A DNA stretch of 35,482 nt from an uncultured candidate division Zixibacteria bacterium (GCA_963817915.1 CAWFQL010000004.1:1-35482), one strand, 5' to 3'; counted from the first letter of the stretch, positions 1 to 9,849 are shown. Made by a program: numbers and translations. The notes: generated by a model not told the origin, from the sequence alone.

Positions 1-23
1 CTTCATATGGAAAGGAGTTTTTC

Positions 24-1667
24 ATGCGAGTAAGAATTGTTTTAGTTTCGTGTGCGCTGTTTTTATTTTTCCTGATTTCATCGGTTTTAGCCGAGATTCC
101 GGCCAAGATTTCGTTTCAGGGGAAATTAACCCGACCTAACGGCGGCCCGATAGCCGATTCGCTCTATCAACTGACTTTCAGAATTTATGATACCCCAACA
201 GGCGGCATGGTTTTATGGGAAGAGCTGGATACGCTTACTACTCGCGGCGGACTATTTCAGACGATGTTGGGCGGCGTTAATTCCATCCCCCAGAGCGTAT
301 TTATCGATACGAGCGCCTATTTGAGTGTTGAATTCGCGGGAACAGAACTCCTGCCAAGGAAGCCGTTCCATTCTGTGGGATATGCTTATCACGCTGCTGT
401 TGCGGACGCTGCTCCGCCGATCCCTGACGCCGATTGGACAATCGATGGCGACAATATTTATCACTTAAATGGAAATGTGGGCATTGGGACGGAAAATCCG
501 CTGCGAAAGCTTCATGTAATGGGCAACAGTATGGTACTGGATAATGCGGGTGAGGATTTTGGTATATTCGGGGCATCGGATGACATTGAACACAATCATT
601 ATTTAAGCTTGTTTAATTCAACAGGCAGGTCAAGTGCTTGGGGAGTGAAGGCAGGCGGTTTATTAGTGGCGGATTCATATACTTATGCTAATCCCGGTAA
701 AAACAATCTTATAGTAAAAGGAAATGTTGGAATTGGCTTAATCTCACCGGCATATGCGTTGGATATCAATGGAGACGCCCGCGCTACTAATTTCCGAGGA
801 AATTTCATAGGTACAATAGACAATGCCCTACACTGGAATGGACATTCTTGGGGAGATACATACCCGTACTCGAGCAATTCCGATATGGTCGATGGTGTAC
901 ATAATGGGGCATTGACAGCGGATGTTTGGGACGGCCATCACTGGGGCGATACGTATCCATACGCCGGTAATACGGATATGGTTGATGGTATTCATGGCGG
1001 CTCTATTTTACGAAACGATCAATCAGGAACATTAATGGGAAATCTGGGCGTTGGAGCTTCGCCAGATGCGCGCCTTACTGTCGACGCTCCAAGCGGGGCC
1101 GGTGCTTCTATTAGAAACAACTCATCGTCATCTGTTGCTCTTTGGGTCTCCAATAATTCTACCGGAACAGCTATATCTTGCGGGAATCAAACCTCAGGAG
1201 CCGATTATGTTTTGAAAGTAATAGGCTATAATAACGCTACTAACAGTAACGGAATGTGGGTGAAGGGCAGAACTCAAATACACGGTGATTTTTCGGCTTC
1301 TGATGGTACCAAATCAGCAGTTGTCCCCTCATCTCAGGGAATGATTAAGTTATACAGTCAGGAATCACCGGAAGTATGGTTTGAGGATTTTGGAGAAGGT
1401 CGGCTGGTAAACGGACAAGATATAATTGCCTTGGACCCACTATTTCTGGAAACCATAACCGTCGATGATCTACATCCAATGAAAGTATTTATTCAGCTTA
1501 ATGATGATTGCAATGGTGTATTTGTGCAGCGAGGAAACACGAGTTTCACCGTAATCGAACTCCTAAACGGAAACAGCTCTGCACGGTTCAGCTATCGCGT
1601 AGTTGCCAAGAGAAAAGGATATGAAAATTCTCGCCTTGAACACGAAACAGAATGGAACCAGCAATAA
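24..1667 (+). CDS. Secreted tail-fibre-like protein (N-terminal IPxxISFQGKL domain, GNVGIG repeats, phage fibre-like C-terminal domain)
   Basis: 547-aa ORF, RBS AAGGAG, signal peptide ending VLA. GNVGIGT-type repeats and (A/S/T)DxxDG motifs. C-terminal ESPEVWFEDFGEG...FSYRVVAKRKGYE resembles phage tail-fibre C-termini (from recall). Confidence 0.7.
   Translation: MRVRIVLVSCALFLFFLISSVLAEIPAKISFQGKLTRPNGGPIADSLYQLTFRIYDTPTGGMVLWEELDTLTTRGGLFQTMLGGVNSIPQSVFIDTSAYLSVEFAGTELLPRKPFHSVGYAYHAAVADAAPPIPDADWTIDGDNIYHLNGNVGIGTENPLRKLHVMGNSMVLDNAGEDFGIFGASDDIEHNHYLSLFNSTGRSSAWGVKAGGLLVADSYTYANPGKNNLIVKGNVGIGLISPAYALDINGDARATNFRGNFIGTIDNALHWNGHSWGDTYPYSSNSDMVDGVHNGALTADVWDGHHWGDTYPYAGNTDMVDGIHGGSILRNDQSGTLMGNLGVGASPDARLTVDAPSGAGASIRNNSSSSVALWVSNNSTGTAISCGNQTSGADYVLKVIGYNNATNSNGMWVKGRTQIHGDFSASDGTKSAVVPSSQGMIKLYSQESPEVWFEDFGEGRLVNGQDIIALDPLFLETITVDDLHPMKVFIQLNDDCNGVFVQRGNTSFTVIELLNGNSSARFSYRVVAKRKGYENSRLEHETEWNQQ
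834..1000 (+). repeat. Intragenic tandem repeat, 93-nt (31-aa) period
   Basis: WNGHSWGDTYPYSSNSDMVDGVH starts at 834; WDGHHWGDTYPYAGNTDMVDGIH starts at 927. Confidence 0.85.
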
Positions 1668-1699
1668 GTAATTGCCTTCAAAAGAAAGTAAGGTGAAAG

Positions 1700-2224
1700 A
1701 TGAATAGAATATTATGGTTGCCCACTCTGCTCTTATTCTTAGCGGGATCATCATTCTCTCAGTCTCCCGATCTTTCCTGGTCTGTCATCTCCGGGCTGGG
1801 GGGCAGATTCGATAGCGATACTATCCAACTCAATGGCACTTTCGGCCAATCGATTACGGGGACAATGACAGGGGTTGATATCATTCTCTACGCCGGGTTC
1901 TGGGTGCCGGGCGGTTGTTTCTACGTCCCCGGAGATGTCAACGGCATACCGCCCTTTAACGGTATCGACGTGACATACGCCGTGAATTATCTGAAGGGGA
2001 TCGGACCACCACCGCCGCTAATCTGCGATTGCGTGGCAACATATTATCCGTTCTATGGCGGCGCCGATGCCAACGGCAGTTGCGACTTCAACGGTATCGA
2101 TGTTACCTATATGGTAAATTATCTTAAGGGTATAGGTCCGCCGCCAAAAGCGTGCGAGAATTGCCCTCCCGGCGGTTTACTCCCAAAAGCTATTAGAAAC
2201 GACGATTCGCCTGATTTGAAATAG
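1700..2224 (+). CDS. Small secreted protein: Gly-rich 'WSVISGLGG...GTFGQ...AGFW' domain plus paired dockerin-like repeats
   Basis: Signal peptide, then GDVNG...NGIDVTYAVNYLKG and ADANG...NGIDVTYMVNYLKG EF-hand-like repeats. Confidence 0.8.
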   Translation: MNRILWLPTLLLFLAGSSFSQSPDLSWSVISGLGGRFDSDTIQLNGTFGQSITGTMTGVDIILYAGFWVPGGCFYVPGDVNGIPPFNGIDVTYAVNYLKGIGPPPPLICDCVATYYPFYGGADANGSCDFNGIDVTYMVNYLKGIGPPPKACENCPPGGLLPKAIRNDDSPDLK

Positions 2225-2377
2225 TATCAATGGCCAATGCTGTAACATACCCCCCAAGGCCAGGGCGTCATGTTGTTTACATAGTATCGGGGGCCGCGGC
2301 TACGGCGGAGACATGTATTAATAGTTGATCTCGAAAAGTTGGGCGTCACAGCTCGCTGTGACCCAATTGATGTTTTT

Positions 2378-2410
2378 AAGGGACGCGGAATACCGTGTCC
2401 CTTTTTATTT
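2378..2410 (+). terminator. Intrinsic terminator
   Basis: AAGGGACGCGG-AATA-CCGTGTCCCTT followed by TTTATTT. Confidence 0.75.
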
Positions 2411-3000
2411 GGGCCTGTGCCTGTTCGTCAAAATATACTGCAAGACAATGCATTACAAAACAACCGCCTGCATGCGACTGCGTAAAAAAACATACCTAAT
2501 TTTATATGACTATTACCGTATTGACATTTTAATATATTTGATGTAGTAACGATCTGTAAAAATAATGATTGCGCATTCGTTTGGCTTGTTGTATTAGTTA
2601 TTTAGAATACTTCTTAGAGCGACACCTTTGGAATTCTCACGGTTTAATTTATGACGAGATAAAGTTATTTCGTCCTAAAAGATACTGTGGCCGATAATTT
2701 ATAGGGATAGCGGAAAAAACGTGCAAATCGTTCTTCTGGGCCATTAGCATAAATCCGCTTTTTTAACGATACCTTAAATCACCTCCGTAAAATAGGACTG
2801 CGTTTTACGTATTGTCTACGCTTAAATATCTGTGATTTCGATAATGAGGCTGCCTGCGCGTACATTATACCGCGCCGCCCAAGGCGATATATTGGGGAAT
2901 TCCTTTTACTCATCAATCAGGAAAGGAGGATGCATTTACTAAGCCCTAATCAGCTATTGTGAATTGATATCTATGTAAACTACGAAAATTGGAGGAAAGC

Positions 3001-4440
3001 ATGTTACGATTTGTAAGTATTATCGGCGTCTTCGTTTTATTGTTTACGGTAGCGGCTATCGCCAATACCATCATATCAGATACAATTTATACTACGAATA
3101 CTACCTGGTCTTCTGCGGGAAATAACTATATTATCAATGGAAACGTAGTTGTCGCCGCAGGCGTTACCTTAACCATTCAATCCGGAATTCGGGTATATTT
3201 TGACGGAGGCTATGGCATCACCGTATTGGGAACTATCGATGCTCAGGGGACAAGCAATAATAGATGTATTTTTAGTTCAAATGTATCCGGAATGAACTAT
3301 GGAGAGATAATAGTCAATGGTGTAGGTAGGTTTAATTATTGCAACTTTGCAAGGATGGGTGAAACCGATGCATATTGGGGGGCGTTAGCGTTTGCCGGAA
3401 GCGATAACGGCAGCTATGTCAAAAATTGTGAGTTTAGCGAAAATGAAGGATATATATATGGCGGGGCTATCGCTATCGAGCACACAGTCCTTGATAATTA
3501 TGCTTATGTAGATATTTGTAGTTCGCTTTTTAAGGGGAACTATGCTCTGGCTACCGGAGGAGCTATCAACGCCATGGGAAATGTTGTCACGAATATATTT
3601 GGTAATGTGTTTGATAGGGATTCATGCACCTTGGCATTTCCGTATGGACAAGGTGGAGCCATAGCCATCAATGATGTGACCGTCAGCGGTTCTGTTTACA
3701 ATAATACATTTTTGGATAACATCGCGTATGACGGCGGGGCTGTCTGGGGGGCATTCGGCTCGTTTATCTTCAAGAATAATTTATTACATCACAACATAGC
3801 GGAATCCGACGGCGGCGCAATATATTTCGACTTTGGAAATCCGGTGTACGCATACAATAACACAATTGCATACAACGATGCCAACAGGGGGGGCGGAATA
3901 TTCGATAGATCCAGTTCAACGGTTATAAAAAGCAATATCCTCTGGTATAATACCGCCTCTTCGGGGCCGCAGATCTATTCGGCGGGAGGATCGCAGTTCA
4001 CCTATTCAAATATTGAGGGGGGATTTGCGGGAACCGGCAATATTAATGCAGACCCTCTCTTTCTAGCTAATTACCACCTCCAGTGTGAGAGCCCATCGAT
4101 TGATGCCGGTGATCCGTCCGATCCATATGATTTAGATAATACTATTGTTGATCAAGGAGCATTTTATTTCCACCAATATCGCGGTGCCGGTGACGCCAAT
4201 AACAACTGCTCCATAGCAGCCTCGGATGTGGCCTACTTGGTAGCCTACTTTAGGGGCCAGGGACCGGCGCCATATCCTTTTTGGAAAGGCGATGCCAACG
4301 GCAACTGTTATGTGAACGCTTCCGATGTGACCTATCTGGTCAACTGGCTTAATTACGGCATTTATCCGCCAAAGAAGAATAGTTGCGCCGACGTCAGATG
4401 GAGCGTCCCAGATTCTTGTGGCCAGTGCGATTATTATTGA
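3001..4440 (+). CDS. Secreted right-handed beta-helix protein (GGAI/FxxN repeats) with C-terminal dockerin-like repeats
   Basis: RBS GGAGG before ATG 3001 and a signal peptide. Repeated GGAI/GGAV and FxxN motifs, GNINADPLF...SPSIDAGDP cap, then GDANNN/GDANGN..SDVxYLV repeats. Confidence 0.85.
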   Translation: MLRFVSIIGVFVLLFTVAAIANTIISDTIYTTNTTWSSAGNNYIINGNVVVAAGVTLTIQSGIRVYFDGGYGITVLGTIDAQGTSNNRCIFSSNVSGMNYGEIIVNGVGRFNYCNFARMGETDAYWGALAFAGSDNGSYVKNCEFSENEGYIYGGAIAIEHTVLDNYAYVDICSSLFKGNYALATGGAINAMGNVVTNIFGNVFDRDSCTLAFPYGQGGAIAINDVTVSGSVYNNTFLDNIAYDGGAVWGAFGSFIFKNNLLHHNIAESDGGAIYFDFGNPVYAYNNTIAYNDANRGGGIFDRSSSTVIKSNILWYNTASSGPQIYSAGGSQFTYSNIEGGFAGTGNINADPLFLANYHLQCESPSIDAGDPSDPYDLDNTIVDQGAFYFHQYRGAGDANNNCSIAASDVAYLVAYFRGQGPAPYPFWKGDANGNCYVNASDVTYLVNWLNYGIYPPKKNSCADVRWSVPDSCGQCDYY

Positions 4441-4519
4441 TGGTATAAATTACGATTAGCTACTGTTCACATTAGTACCAGAGAGAGAAACTAATTTTTG
4501 GAAATCATGGTAACCTATG

Positions 4520-4548
4520 GCGGCAGGAACCCCTTTCCTGCCGCTTTT
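4520..4548 (+). terminator. Intrinsic terminator
   Basis: Perfect 10-bp stem GCGGCAGGAA / TTCCTGCCGC followed by TTTT. Confidence 0.75.
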
Positions 4549-4556
4549 AATTTGTC

Positions 4557-4584
4557 TTGACTAAACGCATATTCTGGTTATAAT
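4557..4584 (+). promoter_or_regulatory. sigma70-type promoter
   Basis: TTGACT-N16-TATAAT upstream of ATG 4621. Confidence 0.65.
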
Positions 4585-4620
4585 TAACATAGTGGAACTT
4601 AACTCCTTGTTGGAGGTGTT

Positions 4621-6276
4621 ATGAAATCTATACTAATTCTTTCTATTTCGCTTATGGCTATTACTCCATGCGCTTATTGCCAGGTTGATACGCTGGAGGC
4701 TGTTCTGGCGGGCTCTATCGGCCTACCGGATTCCATTACACAATTATATACTCAAAATATCAACGGAGACAGCCTTAATGAGATAATTTTGTGCACACCG
4801 CATAATGTCTATGTCTACGGTTCCGCCGGAAATCAATTGCTGTGGATCAGCCCCGTGCTTATCAATCCGAGGGATCTGCAATTCGCGGATTTTAATGGCG
4901 ATTCCATTCCAGATTTCGCGGTTCATACCGATACCGCGATAATCATATTTCGTCTGCCGGATACGACCGCCGTTTATTCCGCTCCAATATCCCCGTCGCT
5001 CTTTAAGGTATTTACCACTGGCGATAGCGATGACGATGGCGTGCCGGACCTCCTCTTGGTAAGCCAGGAGCCGTTTGAATTCGGCGACAGGCAGGATACT
5101 GCTTGGATTAGCCTTAAATATGGTCCGGATTTTTCTCGATTTGGGGATAATTGCCTGACACTGACTAATTATGACCGGTATCCCGATCAATGGTCTCATT
5201 ATTATAGCAGGGAAACAGTAAATAAAATATTGCTGGCGAAGATCGGCTCGGGCTTATATGTTCAGCCATTAATATTCCTGAATACAAGCACGGAAAAATT
5301 ATGGCATAACACCTCTCCAGACGAAGGTTATTACACATCCGAGCTTAGCGGGAAATATTATATGCTTGACCCCCTGGAATTTCAACCTCTCGCCATTTTT
5401 TCACGGGGATTTGCAGATACCCTTGGCGTTTACGATACGGGCAATAATCATATTGTTTTTTCCCCATCGAATTATGCCTATATTGATTACGGCTCAATTG
5501 CGGATGGTTCCATAGTCAATAAACGGCTGCTGAAATTCACGACCTGGGGGCTTTGCGATTCAACTGAAATTTTCAACAGTGTCTCCAATCAGATGCTAAC
5601 GTGTAATTGGTTTGCGTGCTTTGGGGAAATGAACTCCACCCTTTCCGGTTCCGAATATTGCTACGGCCACGCTAACACGATATTTCAAAGATCGCTAATT
5701 TATAATTCGCTACTGTGGTCAATCGCCGATCCGGCGGACTCTGTTGAAGTAATAAGCGCCTTAAATTCAAGTAGCATATTTAACTCACCCGAAGTTGTTT
5801 TGAAGTGTATCCAGCCGCAACAGGGCTATTTATTTGTAAATGGCAGAACGGGTTCTGTCGACGCAATCTTGCCGGATCCTTCCTTGATCATCTCGCGGAT
5901 TGGAGATATTAGTGGCGATGGCAACGATGAGATTCTTTCTGCAAATGGAAGTACGTTGAAAATCTATACGCTTTTTTCGGTAACCGGCACCGAAGAAGAC
6001 GTTGTAAATCCCGATCAATTTGCTTTGATCGGCAATTACCCCAATCCCTTCAACTCACAAACAACGATAAAATATAATCTACCACAGAAATCCGATATTG
6101 TTCTTGAAATCTATGATATTCTGGGACGAAAAATAGAGGTAGTAGAAAAAACGGATCAGCCGGCCGGCGCGAATCAAATCGTTTGGGATGCGTCCGACAA
6201 GCCATCGGGGGCTTATTTCTACCGACTGACTGCCGGTAACGAGCAAATAGCCGCGCGGATGGTCTTGCTAAAATAA
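4621..6276 (+). CDS. Secreted FG-GAP-repeat protein with YPNPFN (T9SS-type-A-like) C-terminal domain
   Basis: RBS GGAGG and signal peptide. DFNGDSIPDF, DSDDDGVPDL and DISGDGNDEI motifs. C-terminal NYPNPFNS...IYDILGR...SGAYFYRL...MVLLK. Confidence 0.85.
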   Translation: MKSILILSISLMAITPCAYCQVDTLEAVLAGSIGLPDSITQLYTQNINGDSLNEIILCTPHNVYVYGSAGNQLLWISPVLINPRDLQFADFNGDSIPDFAVHTDTAIIIFRLPDTTAVYSAPISPSLFKVFTTGDSDDDGVPDLLLVSQEPFEFGDRQDTAWISLKYGPDFSRFGDNCLTLTNYDRYPDQWSHYYSRETVNKILLAKIGSGLYVQPLIFLNTSTEKLWHNTSPDEGYYTSELSGKYYMLDPLEFQPLAIFSRGFADTLGVYDTGNNHIVFSPSNYAYIDYGSIADGSIVNKRLLKFTTWGLCDSTEIFNSVSNQMLTCNWFACFGEMNSTLSGSEYCYGHANTIFQRSLIYNSLLWSIADPADSVEVISALNSSSIFNSPEVVLKCIQPQQGYLFVNGRTGSVDAILPDPSLIISRIGDISGDGNDEILSANGSTLKIYTLFSVTGTEEDVVNPDQFALIGNYPNPFNSQTTIKYNLPQKSDIVLEIYDILGRKIEVVEKTDQPAGANQIVWDASDKPSGAYFYRLTAGNEQIAARMVLLK

Positions 6277-6303
6277 TATTTTCTTGCTTTTCAGCGCTAT
6301 TAG

Positions 6304-6340
6304 TGCCGCCTCGACCAACAACGGCCGGGGCGGCATTTCT
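6304..6340 (+). terminator. Probable intrinsic terminator
   Basis: TGCCGCCTCGACC...GGCCGGGGCGGCA hairpin followed by TTTCT. Confidence 0.5.
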
Positions 6341-6700
6341 ATTATATTAATGAAAGCTGGCGGGAGTATCGGATATTTAGGGGTAATGCTGTCTGGAGAT
6401 ATCAATTGTCTAATATATCAAACGATTTTCCCCTAACCGTCACGTTGCCGTAACCCGTTTCATATCAAATCCGTAGGCCTAATGGGTAAGCCGCAATAAG
6501 CAGCCATTACGCATATTTTTCGTATTGTGCGGCTATAAAAGTGAGACTATTATGGCTTCACATTGTTGATAGAGAAATTGTAATCATTCGTCACATGTGG
6601 ATGCCTATCTGAGCATTGCACATGAGATTTTCTTTTGTCGAGACCGTTGTTAAGACAGGACGTTAATCTATCTAACCTATTAACTTAAAGGAGATTTGAG

Positions 6701-7003
6701 ATGGCCGGTTTACATTTCAAGCAGTTCACTCTGCCAGATTGGGCCTGGGAACGGAAACATCGAATTATGTATCTAATCATTGGGCCCGGGGGACCGTTTG
6801 AGAGCGTCAACGTTCGCCCAACCGAGAAATTCGAAAGCCTCGTCATGGGGCACTTGCGCGAGTATATTAATGACGGGAAAATGCCGCCAGCGGATATTTC
6901 GTCATCAATCCTGAACCTGGCTGATGATTTTCTGGCCGGTCGGGAAATGACGTTGCGCGCCGGCGATTACATTGCATTGCAAAATCATATGAGAAAAATG
7001 TAA
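6701..7003 (+). CDS. 100-aa hypothetical protein; candidate substrate or accessory protein of the downstream rSAM
   Basis: Strong RBS AAAGGAG and ATG start; ends 31 bp before the rSAM gene on the same strand. Confidence 0.75.
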   Translation: MAGLHFKQFTLPDWAWERKHRIMYLIIGPGGPFESVNVRPTEKFESLVMGHLREYINDGKMPPADISSSILNLADDFLAGREMTLRAGDYIALQNHMRKM

Positions 7004-7034
7004 TATTACAATAACAAGAAAGCAGGGAGTCGCC

Positions 7035-8082
7035 TTGCCACCGATGAATATAGAAACATTCCCTTTTATAGTTGGGTGGGAGCTGACATTACAATGCAAT
7101 TTAAGGTGTCGGCACTGCGGTTCGGGTGCGGGTAAGCCCAGGTCCCACGAATTAACCCTTGAAGAGTCTTTGTCTCTGTGCGATCAATTTCCCTCGCTGT
7201 TGGTACAAGAGGTTGATTTTACCGGCGGAGAGCCACTCTTGTCGTCACACTGGCGTCAACTGACAGATCGGCTGGTGGCAAACAATATCCGCGTAAAAAT
7301 ATTAACCAACGGCCTAATTCTGGATTATGAAACCATCCTGATGATTAAAGATGCCGGCATAAGCGGTATTGGTTTTAGTATCGACGGGCTGGAAAAAAAC
7401 CATGACACCATACGGGAGAGGGAGGGCCTATTCGGGCAGGCATTGAAGAGGCCTCGAACAACCGCGAAGACCGGTATACCAACGACGGTTATCACAACGG
7501 TCTGTGACCGCAACATCGATGAACTGCCGTCGCTCCTTTTTGTTTTGCACCGAGCGGGAGTAACAAATTGGCAAATACAACCGTTATTTAAAAGCGGTCG
7601 AGCCAGCGAAAATAGCAGTCTTCGAGCTTAAGGAGGTCAACGCTTAAGTCGCCTCGACGAATTTCTAAAAGCATCGGTTTCGGACTACAGAGAAATTCGG
7701 TATCAAAATAGAACCGGCCGACAGCTTCGGTTATTTTTCAGAAAACGAAACCAACAGTGCGCCGTGGAGGGGATGTCCAGCGGGGATACTATCATGCGGA
7801 ATTACCAGCGACGGCAAGGTTAAGGGGTGCTTATCACTGCCCGACAACGTGGTCGAAGGGGACCTTCGCGTTAGAGACCTGTGGGATATTTGGTTCGATC
7901 CAACCTCTTTTTCTTATTCGCGTCATGATATCACAGATACTCTCGGTCCCAATTGTGAGGAGTGCGTTCATGCTATTCAGTGCCGGGGCGGTTGCTCTGC
8001 CATGTCTTATGCTTATACCGGACGGTTTCATAATGACCATTTCTGCATATGGGGATTGGAACACGGCAAGCAAACAAGCTAA
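7035..8082 (+). CDS. Radical SAM/SPASM-domain protein (frameshifted near 7620-7700)
   Basis: WELTLQCNLRCRHCGS (CxxxCxxC), FTGGEPLL, SIDG. After the frame change: WRGCPAGILSCGITSDGKVKGCLSLP...CEECVHAIQCRGGC...HFC (SPASM). Confidence 0.9.
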
Positions 8083-8548
8083 ATAATAATTTACCGGATT
8101 ATTTAATCCCATTCAGCCATTTGATTGGTGGTTTAGCCGCTATTCGGGCGATGTCCGATAGATTACCAAATTGTCAAGGCACTAGACGAGCAATTCGGTT
8201 ATCCATAGAGACATTGATGTCGCGCTTGTTTACATAATGCCGGCGCCGCAGGGATAGCGCCACCTGAACATCAGGCGTAACATATTGATGAATAAAACAC
8301 TATAGCCAAATTTTCCTCGTCTATCGCCTCATCATAACTACGTAGAAAAATATACCCACTTTATTACTATTTTTATAGTATTGACCAAACATAGAGAGAT
8401 GCCGTAGAGAGTATTAGTTAATCAAAAGGGCCCTCGTATTTCGCCGGCGATGATTCTATTTCATCTTTGCTTGAAACCAAAGGGTCAACGATAGAAAATT
8501 AGTGATTGCTTGCCTTATTGAAAATTTTAGCAAGCAAGCATAACTAAT

Positions 8549-9606
8549 TTGTTGGAAATGAATTACAAACATTCTGACGCACGATTAAAAATTATGGAAT
8601 ACCATCTTCGAACACTCGACTGGGAATTGACATCGCAACGTTCGCACACTGCGGTTAGTGCCGAGGCGAACTCCGAAAATCGGAGCGAACTTACTCTCGA
8701 TGAAGCGTTGGCGATCGCCGCTAAATGCTCATCGCTGAGGATTGAAAGAGTTAATCTAATTGGCGATAAACCGCTGTTGTATCAGAATTGGTCTAAGGTA
8801 GCCTTATCGCTTGCCCGGAATAACATCCGCACCGTGCTTACCACCTTCAGTACGATTCCAGAAACCATAAAGGTAGAGGAAATTTGCGATTCCGGCATCT
8901 CTCAAGTCAACTTTAGTCTCGATGGGCTGCCGCCAGCCATGATCATATCCACAAACAGCCGGAGCAGTTTAAGGCTATTTTGCATGATATAGAGAAAATC
9001 ATGGCGACGGATTTGCGTGTCGGCATCTTGACGATGGTCTCCGATAGCAATGTAGCGGATTTGCCTGCCCTGCTCTATGTCATTCACGCCGACCGTGTCA
9101 GCGATTGGAGACTGCAGGCGATGGTGACATCATCACCCTGGTATCATCCCAACGGCACAAGACTTTGCGATGACACCTACCGGCGGATCGCCGGCTATTT
9201 GCGCTCTCATGGGACCTCAGGCCGAAAAGCTGGGCGTGTCTTTGAGGCTGGACGACAACCTTGGCTATTATAGCGACAGCGATATCCGTCGAGAGCCCTG
9301 GAGCGGTTGCCCAGGCGGAAGACGTCGTGCGCCATCACCGGCAGCGGGATGGTCAAGGGGTGCCTCTACCTGCCGGACAATATGATCGAGGGTGACCTGC
9401 GGAAGAGGACACTCGCCGAAATTTGGTACGATCCTATTGCGTTCTCATATAATCGCATGACACGACCCGAAGATATTGGTCCCAATTGCAATGATTGCCA
9501 GGATGCCATGTTATGTGGGGGTGGCTGCTCGGCGATGTCATACAATCTCACCGGAAAACTGCATAACGACCCTTTCTGCTTCCAGGGTTTGGAGCGCAGA
9601 GGATAG
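8549..9606 (+). CDS. Degenerate radical SAM/SPASM paralogue (no CxxxCxxC, GGE changed to GDK; several frameshifts; start may be ATG 8594)
   Basis: Collinear with the previous gene (WELT, ELTL, FSLDG, WRLQ, GCPGG, KGCLYLP, CNDCQDAMLCGGGC, PFC) across ORFs 8549-8992, 8980-9273, 9170-9385 and 9307-9606. Confidence 0.75.
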
Positions 9607-9646
9607 AAAAATCTGGCGTCGGGTCTCCTGGTCGTAGAAGTGTTCG

Positions 9647-9741
9647 TGTGCCGTGGGGCTGCTTTCCCGACACCTGCGGCACATTTACTTTTTAGGGGGG
9701 AGGGCGGCGGCTATGTGCCGTAGGGTCCCCGAACCCTACGG
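9647..9741. repeat. Two GC-rich hairpins sharing TGTGCCGTRGGG (terminator or REP-like)
   Basis: Hairpin 9647-9683 followed by TTTACTTTT; perfect stem CCGTAGGGT / ACCCTACGG at 9718-9741. Confidence 0.5.
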
Positions 9742-9849
9742 AGGGAACACAGAGATATTCAGACAATTTTTTATTGACAACAATACCCACATAAAGTAAT
9801 TTATTATTGCATTAATAACAATCCGGCAACTTCGAGGAAAACTGAAGAT

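Noticed and set aside
24..1667. Prophage tail gene
   Set aside because: It has a Sec signal peptide and no other phage genes are nearby.
6350..6436. 28-aa ORF as an rSAM precursor peptide
   Set aside because: No RBS and no suggestive core motif.
8506..8537. Inverted repeat TTGCTTGC...GCAAGCAA before the second rSAM
   Set aside because: Only 8 bp, low complexity, and I saw no second copy upstream of the first rSAM.
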